This document shows, piece after piece, positions 1-12,761 of a stretch of DNA of 64,000 bases. Under the pieces are notes generated by a model that searched no databases, had not been told where the DNA came from, and saw only the letters and a list, made by a program, of their open reading frames with translations. Origin of the DNA: Squalus acanthias (lineage: Eukaryota); contig CM059431.1 in the NCBI GenBank assembly GCA_030390025.1, positions 100,628,001-100,692,000 of the forward strand, given 5' to 3'. A program made the position numbers and the translations under genes. Positions within the stretch are counted from its first letter, which is position 1; every line of letters starts with the position of its first letter.

Positions 1-91
1 AAATATTTCTCATGCTGGCATTAATTTTCTTAAAATAAAATTCACAGAACAGAAAGAAACACTAATTAATCCTAAAAAGTAGTCCCATTTC

Positions 92-367
92 GAATGAGAT
101 GTTAAACAGAGACATCGTCTGCCCTCTCAGGTGGATGTAAAAGATCCCACAGCATTATTTCGAAGAAGAGCAGGGGAGTTCTCCCCGGTGACCTGGGGCC
201 AATATTTATCCCTCAACCAACATCACTAAAACAGATGATCTGGTCATTATCACATTGCTGTTTGTCGGAGCTTGCTGTGCGAAAATTGTCTGCCGTGTTT
301 CCTACATTACAACAGTGACTACACTTCAAAAAAGTACTTTGCATTGGCTGTAAAGCGCTTTGGGACA
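92..367 (+). mobile_element. Deu-domain SINE (SacSINE1/AmnSINE-like), 5'-truncated; its tail resumes at about 3998-4046
   Basis: Matches the other SINE copies (ctctcaggtggatgtaaaagatccc...ggctgtaaagcgctttgggac). The missing tail gtgaaaggcgctata...caagttctttc lies after the nested insertions. Confidence 0.85.
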
Positions 368-502
368 TAAGAACATAAGAAATAGGAGCAGGAGTCGGCC
401 ACACGGCTCCTCGAGCCTGCTCCGCCATTCAATAAGATCATGGTTGATCTTCTACCTCAACTCCACCTTCCCGCACTATCTCCATATCCCTTGATTTCCT
501 TA
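368..502 (-). mobile_element. CR1 LINE 3' end; continues at about 3784-3997
   Basis: taagaacataagaa tail repeat and CR1 3' UTR, similar to 5002-5140. The next CR1 sequence (agccctctggggtagagaattcc) reappears at 3784. Confidence 0.8.
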
Positions 503-767
503 GGGCTGGATTTTGCCATTGTTGTCGGGTTGGGAGCGGGTCAGGTGGTCGGCGGGTCCCGCTCCCGCCTCCGATGTCAGGTGAGATAATTTAGCTATTT
601 TGATTCCCAGCATGTGTGCACCCCTGGCCCAATGAGTCTTTGGGCCTGAAACTCACCTCTGATGACGTCATTTATGCAGCTGCATTTAAGGGCTCCAAGC
701 AGCCTTGGTTCATTTTCTGCCTCAAAACTTTTATTTGCTACTCTTCTAACTGTTTGGTCCTCCTGAA

Positions 768-2689
768 ATGTCTAGTTCAAGGGCCAAGGCCTCATCCCGG
801 TTTGATGAGGACTCCCTCCATGCTCTGGTGGAGGGAGCCAGAGCTCAGAAGGAGGTGCTGTCTTCTTCCTCTGGGAGGAAAAACCTCCCCAGCAGACGAA
901 AGCTGCGTGGCTGCAACTGGCACAGGAGGTCAGTTCGAGATCAATGTGCAGCAGAACCTGGCTGCAGTGCAGAAAGAGGTTTAATGATGTTGTCCGCACA
1001 GGAAAAGTGAGTAGACCATCACCATTACCCTCAATCTGCTCCCCATCTCCTCTCATCACCAGCACTCTGCATTGTCAACCTACTCCTCCACATCCCACTT
1101 TACCCTTACATCCCTTGCACCCTTAACCATCCCTCTCTCTCTATGTACACAATCACTTAACTATTCGACTATGCTGGCCTCGCACTCCCTATCACTGTTA
1201 TGCTATGACAACAACTAACAACACACAGGGAGGGCCCTTGATCTTGGGACCTCACTCCATCTTTGTGTCCTTCTAAGCATCTATGCTATGGATTCTCTAC
1301 ACTCACTCCATCATTCTCACTCAAACTCCACTTGTGTCCCTCATTGCAGGAAAAGAGAGCCCACAATAAGAGGGAAAGGGCGAAGACAGGAGGAGGGCCA
1401 CCCTCAATAGCCCAGCTCACCAGCGCTGAGGAGGCGGCCCTAGAGACCGTGGGAGCCGAGGAGGATGTGGAAGTAGGGGACGGACAGACGGGCGCATCAG
1501 AGCAAGCTGGTGACAGAATAGTTTTGCATCTCTCTCATTTACATTGCATGAGTGACTGATATGGCTTCTGATGCTCAAACAGATTGACTTATGATCATCT
1601 GCACAAATCCATGTGCATGCTACGTTTATATCACATGTCTAACTCATTCCTTTACTCCCTCACAGGACCATCGACAGCCCCCCTCCCCACTGTCCAGGAG
1701 GAAGAGCCTGAGCCGGAAGACTCCTCAGAGGAAGCTGCAACCTCTGAGGGCGCAGCGTCAGCAGAATTAAGCGCACCCAGCACCAGCGTAGATACACACA
1801 CCTCGGTGGGACTTTCGGGAGATAGAGTAGTGTTGTCACCTGGTGTATCACAGCTCATAAGTGAGCATCAGCAGATAGTGGAGACAGGGACAGCAGTGGC
1901 GAGTCCTCGTCGGAGGCCGCAGGGCGCTCCCAGCTCGGCTCAGCTGCATGTCGACCCTGTGCCTCTGGGTCCATCCAGAAGGAGAACGGTGATTGAACTC
2001 CAGGAACAGGTGCAGGAGTCTCTGGCAGATTTGTCTCCAGGGTCACTGTGAGTGTGGAGAGGATGGAGGAGTCCATCGCTAACATGAGCAGAGCCTTTGT
2101 GGAGGCACTGGCGCATGAACACATCAGAACGGAAAGGCAGCCTCCGTGGAAAGGATGGCTACGGTAGAGGAGAGGATGGCTACGGCCATGGAGGAGTTAA
2201 GTCGCAAGAGTGTTGAAAACATGGTGATTGTTCAGATTAGGCTCACATCTCTGGAGGAGCGATGGGCAGCTATTGAGCAGAGAAACCAGAGTTTCATGGA
2301 AGTCCTCTGGAGTAGGACTGCCAGTGCAGATACGGGTCCTCATGGCCCCCCTGAAGTGCAGCAAGGTGCTGTCAAGCCACTTGCTAGCTCTGAAGTGGAG
2401 CTGACCCATGAGAGGGATGTTGGTGGCAGACAACAAGGAAGTGGGGGCTCCTCGGTCAGAGCCCCACCAGGGTCCTCACCCAACTGAGATGGGCGTCTCA
2501 TCCCCTGCACAGCCGCAGGAGGAGCAGACAGTTGGTGAGCCCTCACAGACTCGCAACCCCAGAGAACGCCCGCCAAAGGTGTCGAGGCAGGAGCAGCATG
2601 AAAGTGAGCGAGGGGCCTGCACATCTGCTCAAGCCACAGGGGAAGCATCATGTAGGAGCACGCATAAGAGGAAGATAAAGCACAAGTAG
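768..2689 (+). pseudogene. Harbinger Myb/SANT-like DNA-binding protein, 3 exons (768-1006, 1350-1509, 1666-2689), frameshifted
   Basis: RFDEDSLHALVE...AAWLQLAQEVSSRS..RTWLQCRKRFND | EKRAHNKRERAKTGGGPP; GT-AG introns 1007-1349 and 1510-1665; coiled-coil-like region, basic C-terminus, AATAAA near 2756. Frameshifts in exons 1 and 3. Confidence 0.82.
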
Positions 2690-2947
2690 TCACAAAGGTA
2701 GTCGCTTGGGTGTTCTGTTGTGTTTAATTGTTAAATGCCATCCTTTAGTCAATGTAATAAAATGAAGTGATGGCAAACTGTTGAAGTTCTGGGCTGTGTC
2801 ATTTCACAAATGGAAGTTCCACATTGAGGGCTCAGGGCGACTTGGATTTATCATGATGGCGGTCAGAGTGATAGGAAACCGCAGGTTCTTGTCCATTGTC
2901 TATGGTGTGGTAAGAAGGTGTGAGCCAAATGTGTTTAATTGGGCAAC

Positions 2948-3786
2948 CTAAGCAAATCTGCCCAAGATGAGTGCATCCCTTGCATCCCAGGCAGCAACGT
3001 GCTCGCGTGCTGCTGCCACTGGTTGATGCGCCTCCACAAGGTCTTCATTCTCGTTCTCCTCCTCCCCATCTGAGGAGGCTATGCGCTGAGCCACTTGTTC
3101 CTCAGGCAGCTGCAAGCCACGATGCTGTGCGATGTTGTGAAGTGCACAGCAGACCACGACGATTCTGGATACCCTGGGTACTGCAGGGCTCCACCTGATC
3201 TATCAAGGCATCTGAATCACATCTTCAGCAAGCCGATGGTTTGCTCGATAATGGACCTGGTCGAAATGTGGCTGGAGTTGTAGCGCTCCTCAGCTTCGTT
3301 GGATGGCCTCCTGAACGGCGCCATTAGCCACGTCTTCAGGGGATAGCCCTCGTCTCCAAGTAGCCATCCGCAAAGTTGGTTTGGCGGACTGAAGAGCGGA
3401 GGCACACTAGACTGCCGCAGGATGAACGAGTCATGGCAACTGCCAGGGTACTTGGCGCAAACATGCAAAATGTCCTTCTTGTGGTTACACACCAGCTGCA
3501 CGTTGAGGGAGTGGAAGCCCTTGCAGTTGACAAAAAGAGCTGGATTGTGATGGGGTGCCTTAAGGGCCACATGTGTGCAGTCCACGATGCCCTGCACCCT
3601 TGGCAAGCCTGCCATATTTGCAAATCCAACCACACGCGCGGTTATACTTGCTTGATCCTTGGAGAAGTTTATGTAATTGTGCGCCTTTGTAAAGAGGGCA
3701 TCGGTAACCTGCGTGATGTAAGTGTGTGCGGCCGACTGGAAGATGCTGCTGATGTCTGCTGATGATCCCTGGAATGAGCCTGAAGC
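2948..3786 (-). pseudogene. Harbinger DDE transposase (HARBI1/DDE_Tnp_4-like), 5'-truncated, with an in-frame stop and a frameshift
   Basis: Motifs [53 protein letters not shown]; ends AARE..AWDARDALILGRFA*. Confidence 0.92.
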
Positions 3787-4164
3787 CCTCTGGGGTAGAG
3801 AATTCCAAAGATTCACAACCCCTAGTTCTAGACTCCCCACCCAGGGGAAACAGCCTCCCAGCATCTACCTTGTCAAGCCCTCTAAGAATTTTACACGTTG
3901 CAATGAGATCGTCCCTCATTCTTCTAAACTCCAGAGAATATAGGCATATTCTACTCAATCTCAATCTCTCCTCATAGGGCAACCCTCTGATCCCAGGGCG
4001 TCTTAAGGTTGTGAAAGGCGCTATACAAAGGCAAGTTCTTTCTTTCTTTAGTTGCCAATTTTTTCCACCTTCAACTCAACTCTAGTAATCTGTTGAGCAG
4101 CTTTAGACGTAGTCAATGGCACCAATTCTAAATGCTTTATCCAGGTAAAAACAATACAGACAAT

Positions 4165-4784
4165 GGAGGGAATTTTAACATGGATGAGCAGGTGGGAGTG
4201 GGTGGTGGGTTAAATGGGCAACAACAAAAAAATCAAAGCATGTCAGGAAGCCGGCTCCAATCCGCCAACTTACTGAGGCGGGACTAGGGGCGGGCAGCCA
4301 ACCCGCTCCTAGGAGGCAGGTTGGCATGTTAAATATGTTAATGATGCTGGAAGCCAGGTTTTACTGTGGCTGGCCAGGTTCGGCCTCAGGAAACCCGGCA
4401 GCTGCAGCCAGGCAAGGACAGCCTCAGGGAGCACTCCTTGTGGGCCAGGAGAAGCAGGAGTGCTTCTTCCCGGCCCCCCAAGCTCCCCCACCATCGGACC
4501 ACCACCCCCTCCCACCCCCCGGGGTCAGGGATCGAACCTTCCTTGGGATCGGACACCCCCTGCCCGCCCAGGGTTGGGGAGCAGACCTACCTGATCCTGC
4601 GGTCTCCTTCGGAGTGGTCCCTGCCCAACTGGAAGCCAAGCCCGTCAATCAGGCTGACTTCCGGGCAGGGAACCTGTCACTGACAGAAGACTTTGGAGTT
4701 AAATCTCCACTGCGTGCGGGGAAACCCAGACTTCCAGAACCCCCTCGCCGGCTCCCAGCGCGTCGGGAAGTAAAAATTGCCCCA
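4165..4784. mobile_element. Non-autonomous TIR element (Harbinger-like MITE)
   Basis: GC-rich block bounded by GGAGGGAATTTT / AAAATTGCCCCA imperfect inverted termini, with AAT on both sides. Confidence 0.55.
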
Positions 4785-5001
4785 AATGTTACTGTGGGGA
4801 TTCATATTCAATCTTGCATTGATAGCTGCAAAAAAAAGTTCAAGTGACCTCTTAAATAACAATTAATGTTTTAATTGGATAGTCAGGAGTTTTCTGGGAA
4901 TGGGGTTGAGAGAGCAAGGGGTAGGTCTCATGGTCAGGAGATAAGGAGGAGAAATTAGAGATGGGAGTTCAGGCTAGGATGGGTGGTGAAGTGGGAGATG
5001 T

Positions 5002-5985
5002 ATAAGAACATAAGACGTAGGAGTAGGACTAGGTCATTTGGCCCCTCGAGCCTGCTCCGCCTATCAATAAGATCATGGCTGATCTGATCTTGGCCTCAAC
5101 TCCACTTCCCTGCCCGCTCCCCATAACTCTTGACTCCCTTAACTTTCAAAAATCTGTCTATCTCCACCTTAAATATATTCAATGACCCAGCCTCCACAGC
5201 TCTCTGGGGAAGAGAATTCCAAAGATTCTCGCCCCTCTGAGAGAAGAAATTCCTCCTCATTTCCAATTTAAATGGATGCCCCCTTATTCTGAAATTATGC
5301 CCCCAAGTTCTAGATTCCCCCATGAGGGGAAACATCCTCTCTGCATCTACCCTGTCAAGCCCCTTCAGAATCTTATATGTTTCAATAAGATCCCCTCTCA
5401 TTCTTCTAAACCCCAGTGAGTATAGGCCCAACCTGCTCAACCTTTCTTCATAAGACAACCCCTTCATCTCCGGAATCAACCTCGTGAACCTTCTCTGAAC
5501 TGCCTCCAATGCAAGTATATCCTTCCTTAAATAAGGAGACCAAAACTGTACGCAGTACTCCAGGTGTGGTCTCACCAACGCCCTGTACAGTTGTAACAGG
5601 ACTTCTCTACTTTTATACTCCATTCCCTTTGCAATAAAGGCCAACACTCCATTTGCCTCCCTAATTACTTGCTGTACCTGCATGCTAACTTTTTGTGATT
5701 CATGTACAAGGACCCCCAGATCCCTCTGTACTGCAGCATTTTGTAATCTCTCTCCATTTAAATAATAATTTGCTTTTTTATTTTTCCTACCAAAGTGGAT
5801 AACCTCGCATTTTCCCACATTAAACTCCATCTGACAGATTTTTGCCCACTCACTTCAGCCTATCTATATCCCTTTGGAGATTCTTTGCGTCCTCCACACA
5901 ATTTGCTTTCCCACCTATCTTTGTATCACCAGCAAATTTGGCTACATTACATTCGGTCCCTTCATCCAAGTCATTAATATAGATT
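5002..5985 (-). mobile_element. CR1 LINE 3' fragment (RT C-terminus and 3' UTR)
   Basis: ORF 5096..5830: LVRPHLEYCVQFWSP, RRMRGDLIETYKI, RRNFFSQR. Confidence 0.93.
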
Positions 5986-7989
5986 GCATACATAGAGACA
6001 GTATAGTGGAGACTCACCGGGATGATACCAGTGATGAGAAACTGAAGTTATGGGAGACGTGAGATCGAGATTATTTCTACTGGAGCAGAGAAGCCGAAGA
6101 GGAGATTTAACAGAAGTTTTTAATGGGTTTTGATAGGGTGAATATTTCCTCCCATTGGAGAATAGTGACAAAGCATCATCAATTTAAAGTTCTCACTGAC
6201 AGTGTCAGGAGGGAGGTCAGGAAATATTTCTTTATGGTTAAGACACAGATCACAGCATTTTTTTAAGAAAAGAGTAAATCAACACTTGACACCGAGGGAT
6301 TGATAGGGCTATGGGAAGAGAGCAAGGCAATGGAATTAATTTTGGATTGCTCTAGCCATGATCCACCATAGATATGATGGGATGAATGGCCTTCTTCTGT
6401 GCCCTAACCTTCTATGGTTCTAACAAAAGTTGTGGGAATTCTTTTGATCGAAAGTGAAGCACAGCACATTTAGGTGAGAAACTAGATGTGTTCCTATGCT
6501 ACCAAATGATCCTAGGTGTGATGGCGCTTAATGACTTATGCCAGGGAATGGAATATTTCAATTGATTACCTAAAAGAATTTCAAATCAAAATCTGCCACT
6601 TGCATGATAATTCATTCCAAGTACAACTCCAAATATAGTGTCAACACTTTAATAGTAGCAAGAATCTCTGATATATACACAATATTAAAATAAACCAAGG
6701 TTGGCTCTTTGAACCTAAATGAATAAATCATCTTCACTACATTAATCAATAAACAGTTTCAAGCCTGTAATTTTATAGCATTACTTGAAAGGAGCCCTCA
6801 ATACGAGTCTCATCAAAGGGATCAGTCCCATAGTAGACTGCCTGCCATAAATAATACATAGGAGGGCAAAATATGTAAATCAAGCAGTTGTAGACGCGGT
6901 TTTTAAGTGTGCTTGGTAAATGAAAGAAAATGGGTTTTATGTTACGGCTCTGCTAGATTTGGGAAAAAAAAAGCAGGTAAAAGAGGGCAAGCCAACTTGT
7001 CTTCACTTCATCTAATAGCATGTCACAAGTGTTGGATGTGAGGTTCATATTTGACCTCTGCCAAAGTTCACAAGGTCTACATCTGTGTGTGAAAAACTGC
7101 CAGGCTGAAGAATGATGACCCACAAGCTGCCTTCTCCTGACTACCTGCTGCTTCCAAAACACTGCCGAGACATTAGCCACACACTAACAGGATCAAACAG
7201 AGGCCAAACAGCTATGCTTATTTTCAATAGTGTAGCGTAGCGGCTGAAAGCAAAACCAGACTTGCTTTGTATTCAACCAAACTTAGTTCGGACTAGTGTT
7301 AAAATCCCGTAAGATTTCTTTCAATATTTTGCTGAATGGCCTTTTTGGGCACGTCAATTCTATGCATGACTCACGTGACATCTACCTTCACTTGGCACCA
7401 CTTAAGTAATCTCAGCACTCACACTGATACTTCCCCCAGGTCAGGGATGCAAACTGGCACAATTGGAAGGTTCTTCCACAACACGCCAATACTGGAATTT
7501 ATGTTGGCCTCTATATGTGGTCTGGGATCACTTAGAGGCTGCATTGCTATAATTGTATCTGGAGCTACAAGACACTAAAGGGGACTGATCTGGACACAGT
7601 AGAGTTAGTGAAACCAATACAACAATTATGACATGTGCCAGCAAAGGAAATTACATCCCGACACATGGGAAGAGTGCTATTGAGACAAGACTTCTACAAA
7701 TCAGCAATTTAAAGAAAAAAGTTTAATAGCACTATACAGGAACGATACAATGATAGTCTCTGTACATATACAGAGTAACCCGATTTATCTACTTTTAAGT
7801 TATGACATAATTCTCCCGTATACCACTCGTTTTGGATCAATTTCAGATTCCAGACCAGCTTTCTGGAAAATAAAATATTGTTTTGCGTCTGTAACAAAGT
7901 GGGGGAGAGCATCAGCCTTTGCTGGGGCGAGGGAATTGTCAGCACCAAGTCTGGGGGTGGGGGGCGGATGGAGAAGATTGGCAGTAGCA

Positions 7990-8490
7990 GCCTTGGGTGT
8001 TGCGGCGGGAATTGCCCGTATCCCATCTCGCACCAAGTCCTATTCGCCCATCACCTCTGTTGCTCGCTGACCTACATTGGCTCCACCTTGATTTTAAAAT
8101 TCTCATCCTTGTTTTCAAATCCCTCCATGGCCTCGACCCTTCCTACCTCTGTAACCTCCTCCAGACCCACAGCCCTCCGAGATCTCTGCACTCCTCCAAT
8201 TCTGGCCGCTTTGCATCCCAGGTTTCCTTTGACCCTCCATTGGGGGCCATGCCTTCAGCTGCTTAGGCCCTAATCTCTGGAACTCCCTCCTTAAATCTCT
8301 CTGCCGCTCTACCTCTCTCTACTCCTTCAAGACATTCCTTAAAACCTACCTCTTTGACCAAGCTTTTGGTCGTCTGTCCTAATATCTTATGTGGCTCGGT
8401 GTAAGATTTTGTTTGATAACGCTCCTGTGATGGGTCTTGGGATATTTTACGACGTTAAAGGCGCTGTATAAATGTACGCTGTTGTTGTTA
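7990..8490 (+). mobile_element. L2 LINE 3' fragment
   Basis: SPITSVLADLHWL...FKILILVFKSLHG; tail aaaggcgctgtataaatgtacgctgttgttg. Confidence 0.8.
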
Positions 8491-9904
8491 TGGCAGAAGG
8501 CTTTGTCGAGGACAAGGTAAAAGGGAACAGGCAGGTCTGAGGATGCGGTAGGGTGCGAAGCCTTTGAGGGGAAAGGGAGGCACAAACCCAGTGGAAGGTG
8601 GAGAGGAAGGGAAATCACCAGAAGCCTTTGGGAGTGAGAGGGAAGGGCAGCCAGCAGGCTCAGGGTGGAGAAGAATCTGCAAAAACCTTTAAGGTGAGGG
8701 TGCTGGGGCATTGAGGGATAAGACAGGAGGTTGAGGGGGGCAAAAAGAAGAGGAGGGGAGTAAAAAAGGGAGGAGAAAAAGGGGCAAGAAAAGGGAAGAT
8801 AAAGAAAGGGGGAGAAAAAAGGGAGCAGGAAAAGTGGAGGGAGAAAAGGAAGGTGAGATGCCACTCCCAGAAGCTCAAAATGGCAAAAGACAAATTTGGA
8901 ATCGATATTGGAAAGATTTTTTTCACACAAAGAGTGCTCAGCAAGTAGCAGAAACCCTGAAATCATTTAACAGATTGTTGGATGCTGTGATGGGTTCCTC
9001 ATTTTTTTTTTACATAAAATCTATAGCATAGAAAAGAATAGACAGTTTCCTAGAAGTAAAGGGAATTAAGGGTTACGGGGAGCGGGCAGGAATTTGGACA
9101 TGAGTCTAGGTTCGGATCGGTCATGGCCCTGTGGGTAGCGTAGCGGGCCCAGGGGCCGTGTAGCCTGATCCTGCTCCTATTTCGTGTGTCCAATTCTGTT
9201 AGGTTTAGGAGATAGTTCTGTGATAGTAGATTGGCGGTTAGGATCAGATCAGCCATGATCTTATTGAATGGCGGAGCAGGCTCGAGGGGCCAATTGGCCT
9301 ACTCCTGCTCCTATTTCTTATGTTCTTATAGAAACAGGCCATTCAGCCCTACTGGTCTATGCTGGTGTTTATACTCCACATGAGCCTCCTCCCACTTTAA
9401 TTACCGCCTTTCACACCGCCCCCCATAACCCTCTATTCCCTTCACCCTCATGTATGCATCAAGCCTCCCTTAAATGCATCAATGATATCTGTTTCAACCA
9501 CTCCATGTGGTAGCAAGTTTCACATTTTCACCACTCTCTGTGTAAATAATTCCTCCTTAATGCTTTATTTGATCTGTTAGTGGCTCTTATATTTACGTTC
9601 CCTTTACCCACAAGTAGAAACAGTTTTTCCACATCCAGCCTATAGAACCCCTTCATAATTTTAAAGACCTCTATCAGGTTCGGATTGGACATATTTTACA
9701 TCCTAGCCCAATCTTACACTCCATTACACTCGACGAGCGTGTTCCATTAAAATTGGTGCTAAAGTATCTATCCAGTATTCCCGCCATTTTTTTATTAGTT
9801 TAAGGGATGTGGGCGTCGCTGGCAAGGCCAGCATTTATTGCCCATTTCAGCTGTTTGGACTGAGCAATGACCTAAAACAACCATTATGTGAAGTGAGCAG
9901 CAGC

Positions 9905-10892
9905 TAGAATCACAGGAATTTACAGCACAGAAGGAGGCCATTCGGCCCAACGTCTCTGTGCCGGTTGAAAAAGAGCTATCCAGCCTAATCCCACTTTCCA
10001 GCTCTTGGTCCGTAGCCCTGTAGGTTACGGCACTTCAAGTGCGTATCCAAGTACTTTTTAAATGTGATGAGGGTCTCTGCCTCTACCACCCTTTCAGGCA
10101 GTGAGTTCCAGACCCCCACCACCCTCTGGGTGAAAGAAATTCTCCTCAACTCCCCTCTCAACCTCCTACCAATTACTTTAAATCTGTGCCCCCTGGTTAT
10201 TGGCCTCTCTGCTAAGGGAAATAGGTCCTTCCTAGCCACTCTATCTAGGCCCCTCATAATTTTATACAACTCAATTAAATCTCCCCTCAGCTCCAAAGAA
10301 AACAACCCCAGCCTATCCAATCTTTCCTGATAGCTAAAATTTTCCAGTCCAGGCAACATCCTCGTAAATCTCCTCTGCACCCTCTCTTGTGCAATCACAT
10401 CTATCCCGTAATGTGGTGACCAGAACTGTACGCAGTATTCTAGCTGTGACCTAACTACAGTGTTTTATACAGTTCTAGCAAAACCTCCCTGCTCTTATAT
10501 TCTATGCCTCGGCTAATAAAGGAAAGTATCCCGTATGCCTTCTTAACCACCTTATCTACCTGTCCTGCTACCTTCAGGGATCTGTGGACATGCACTCCAA
10601 CGTCCCTCTGTTCCTCTACACTTCTCAGTATCCTGCCATTCATTGTGTATTCCCTTGCCTTGTTGGCCCTCCCCAAATGCATTACCTCACACATCTCCAG
10701 ATTGAATTCCATTTGCCACTTTTCTGCCCACCTGACCAGTCCATTGATATCTTCCTGCAGTCTGCAGCTTTCTTCCTCACTATCAACCACTCGGCCAATT
10801 TTTGTATCATCTGCAAACTTCTCAATCATGCCCCCGACATTGAAGTCTAAATCATCGATATATACCACATAAAGCAAGAGACCTAGTACTGA
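9905..10892 (-). mobile_element. CR1 LINE 3' fragment
   Basis: ORFs 10455..10919 (KFADDTKIG) and 9985..10398. Confidence 0.92.
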
Positions 10893-11659
10893 GGTAGTGA
10901 ATCTGTAAGTAGTAACCAAGCCAGGAGGTGTTTATTTGGGCAAAAGCCTATCATAACCCTTGAATGCACTAGAAAGCTAAAGCAACTGACTAGGAAAAGC
11001 TGCATTTTTCTTGTAAATTGGAGTTTCATTTTCAGATGTCACGGAGTTACTCAAAAGTACAGCTCTTCTGTAGTCGGAATTCTGGTATTTTCTTTTTCTA
11101 ATGTTACCTGCCACGCATTTGAACGTTTACCAAATCATACTGTTCATGTCAGGTTGGATTTCCATTCATTATTTTAAAAATATATCCATGACTATTGAAA
11201 TTCAGAAAATATTTGATGAAGGTTTTCTTTGCTTGTTTTAATCCTGTTGTGCTGAAATTGAGATCTGAGCTCCATCCTGGATAGGAAACAGCAGGCTACC
11301 GAAATCGTTCTGGATGCTCACCAATGATTTTTAAACATTAATATAAAAAGACACAAAGTTTACCAGAGTATTGTAATTATCTTATGCTGGAGTCAGAGTA
11401 TTATAATCTTTGAAGACCCCCACGTCTTAAAAACTGCCTCCCAAAGGACTATTTCTTCAACAAAGTGTTTCTTAAACCATTTGGCTTGCATATAAAGTAA
11501 CGTTAGCCAGAATTCTTACCATTTTTTAATTCATAGCTCAAATTCAGAATTCTATACAGTTAATGTAGAAACTTGCACCAAAGGAGTGGCATACTAATAA
11601 GGGGGATAAAAAAGGCAACATAGACATCAAAAGCTATTTGATTTTGATTATAACCAGAA

Positions 11660-12705
11660 TCAAAGAATCATAGGATCACACAGCACAGGAGGAGGCCATT
11701 CGGCCCATCGTGCCTGTGCCAGGCTCTTTGAAAGAGCTCTCCAATTAGTCCCACTCCCTCTGCTCTTTCCCCATAGCCTTGCAAATTTTAATTTTCAAGT
11801 ATATATCAAATTCCCCTTTTGAAAGTTACTACTGAATCTGATTCCACCACTCTTTCAGCATAAAGAAAATTCTCATCTCCCCTCTGGTTCTTTTGCCAAT
11901 CACCTTTGGTTACCGACCCTTTGGTTACCCATTGGCGGAAGGGTGGAGAACCAGAGGACACAGATTTAAGGTGATTGGCGGAAGAACCAAAGGCGACATG
12001 AGGAAAAACTTTTTTACGCAGCGAGTGGTTGGGATCTGGAATGCGCTGCCTGAGAGGATGGTGGAGGCAGATTCAATCGTGGCTCACAAAAGGGAATTGG
12101 ATAAGTACCTTAAGGAAAAAATTTGCAGGGCTACGGGGAAAGGGCAGGGGAGTGGGACCAGCTGAAGTGCTCTTGCAGAGAGCCGGCACGGCTTGATGGG
12201 CCGAATGGCCTCCTACTGTGCTGTAACCATTCTATGGCCCTCCTGCCAGTGGAAACTGTTTCTCCCTACCTACTCTGTCAAAATCAATGCTCCCTGTAAT
12301 TTTGTTTTGGTGTGCAGGCCCGTTAACTGGCTGCAGGACCCATTCAATTTTTCGTCCATACGCGGTTATTTCCATTGCAAAGCCGATGAGCGGCCTGCGC
12401 GGGACCTCCAGACCGCAGCGCAGCCGTGCAGCTTAGCGGGAACGCTGATCAAAACCGTTCCTAATTTTGAACACCTCTATTAAATCTCTCCTTAACCTTC
12501 TCTGCTCTAAGGAGATCAATCCCAGCTTCTCCAGTCTCTCCACATAACTGAAGTCCCTCATCCCTGGTAAATCTCCTCTGCACCTATCCAAGGCTTCACA
12601 TCCTTCCTAACGTGCGGTGCCCAGAATTGGAAACAATACTTCAGCTGGGGCCTAACCAGTGATTTATGAAGGTTTAGTGTAACTTCCTTGCTTTTGTACT
12701 CTGCG
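11660..12705. mobile_element. CR1 fragment (-) interrupted by a second CR1 3' end (+, about 11925-12235) and a hAT MITE
   Basis: CR1 3' UTR motifs in opposite orientations; ORF 11893..12165 TRGHRFK..KNFFTQRVV. Confidence 0.8.
12285..12447. mobile_element. hAT-type MITE copy 1
   Basis: Termini CAATGCTCCC / GGGAACGCTG; 8-bp flanks gtcaaaat / atcaaaac; homologous to 19278 and 59427. Confidence 0.75.
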
Positions 12706-12761
12706 CTATCGGCTATAAGCATCAACAGGTTAACAGAGATAACACTGAGCTAAGTACTTCT

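Larger units (their letters stand above)
503..3786. mobile_element. PIF/Harbinger DNA transposon relic, one end deleted
   Basis: TTA target site followed by terminal GGGCTGGATTTT; convergent Myb/SANT gene (+) and HARBI1-like DDE transposase (-). Confidence 0.9.

Noticed and set aside
659..672. CTGATGA as another hammerhead core (also at 13943, 18078, 25577 and 47777)
   Set aside because: No stem II followed by GAAA-NN-UH and no stem I pairing.
3217..3982. ORFs appearing to fuse CR1 sequence to a Harbinger transposase
   Set aside because: Chance read-through across the deletion junction near 3786; the transposase has a stop and a frameshift.
8490..8900. Purine-rich tract giving a hydrophobic 195-aa minus-strand ORF
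   Set aside because: Low-complexity sequence between repeat fragments; no recognisable domain or splice structure.
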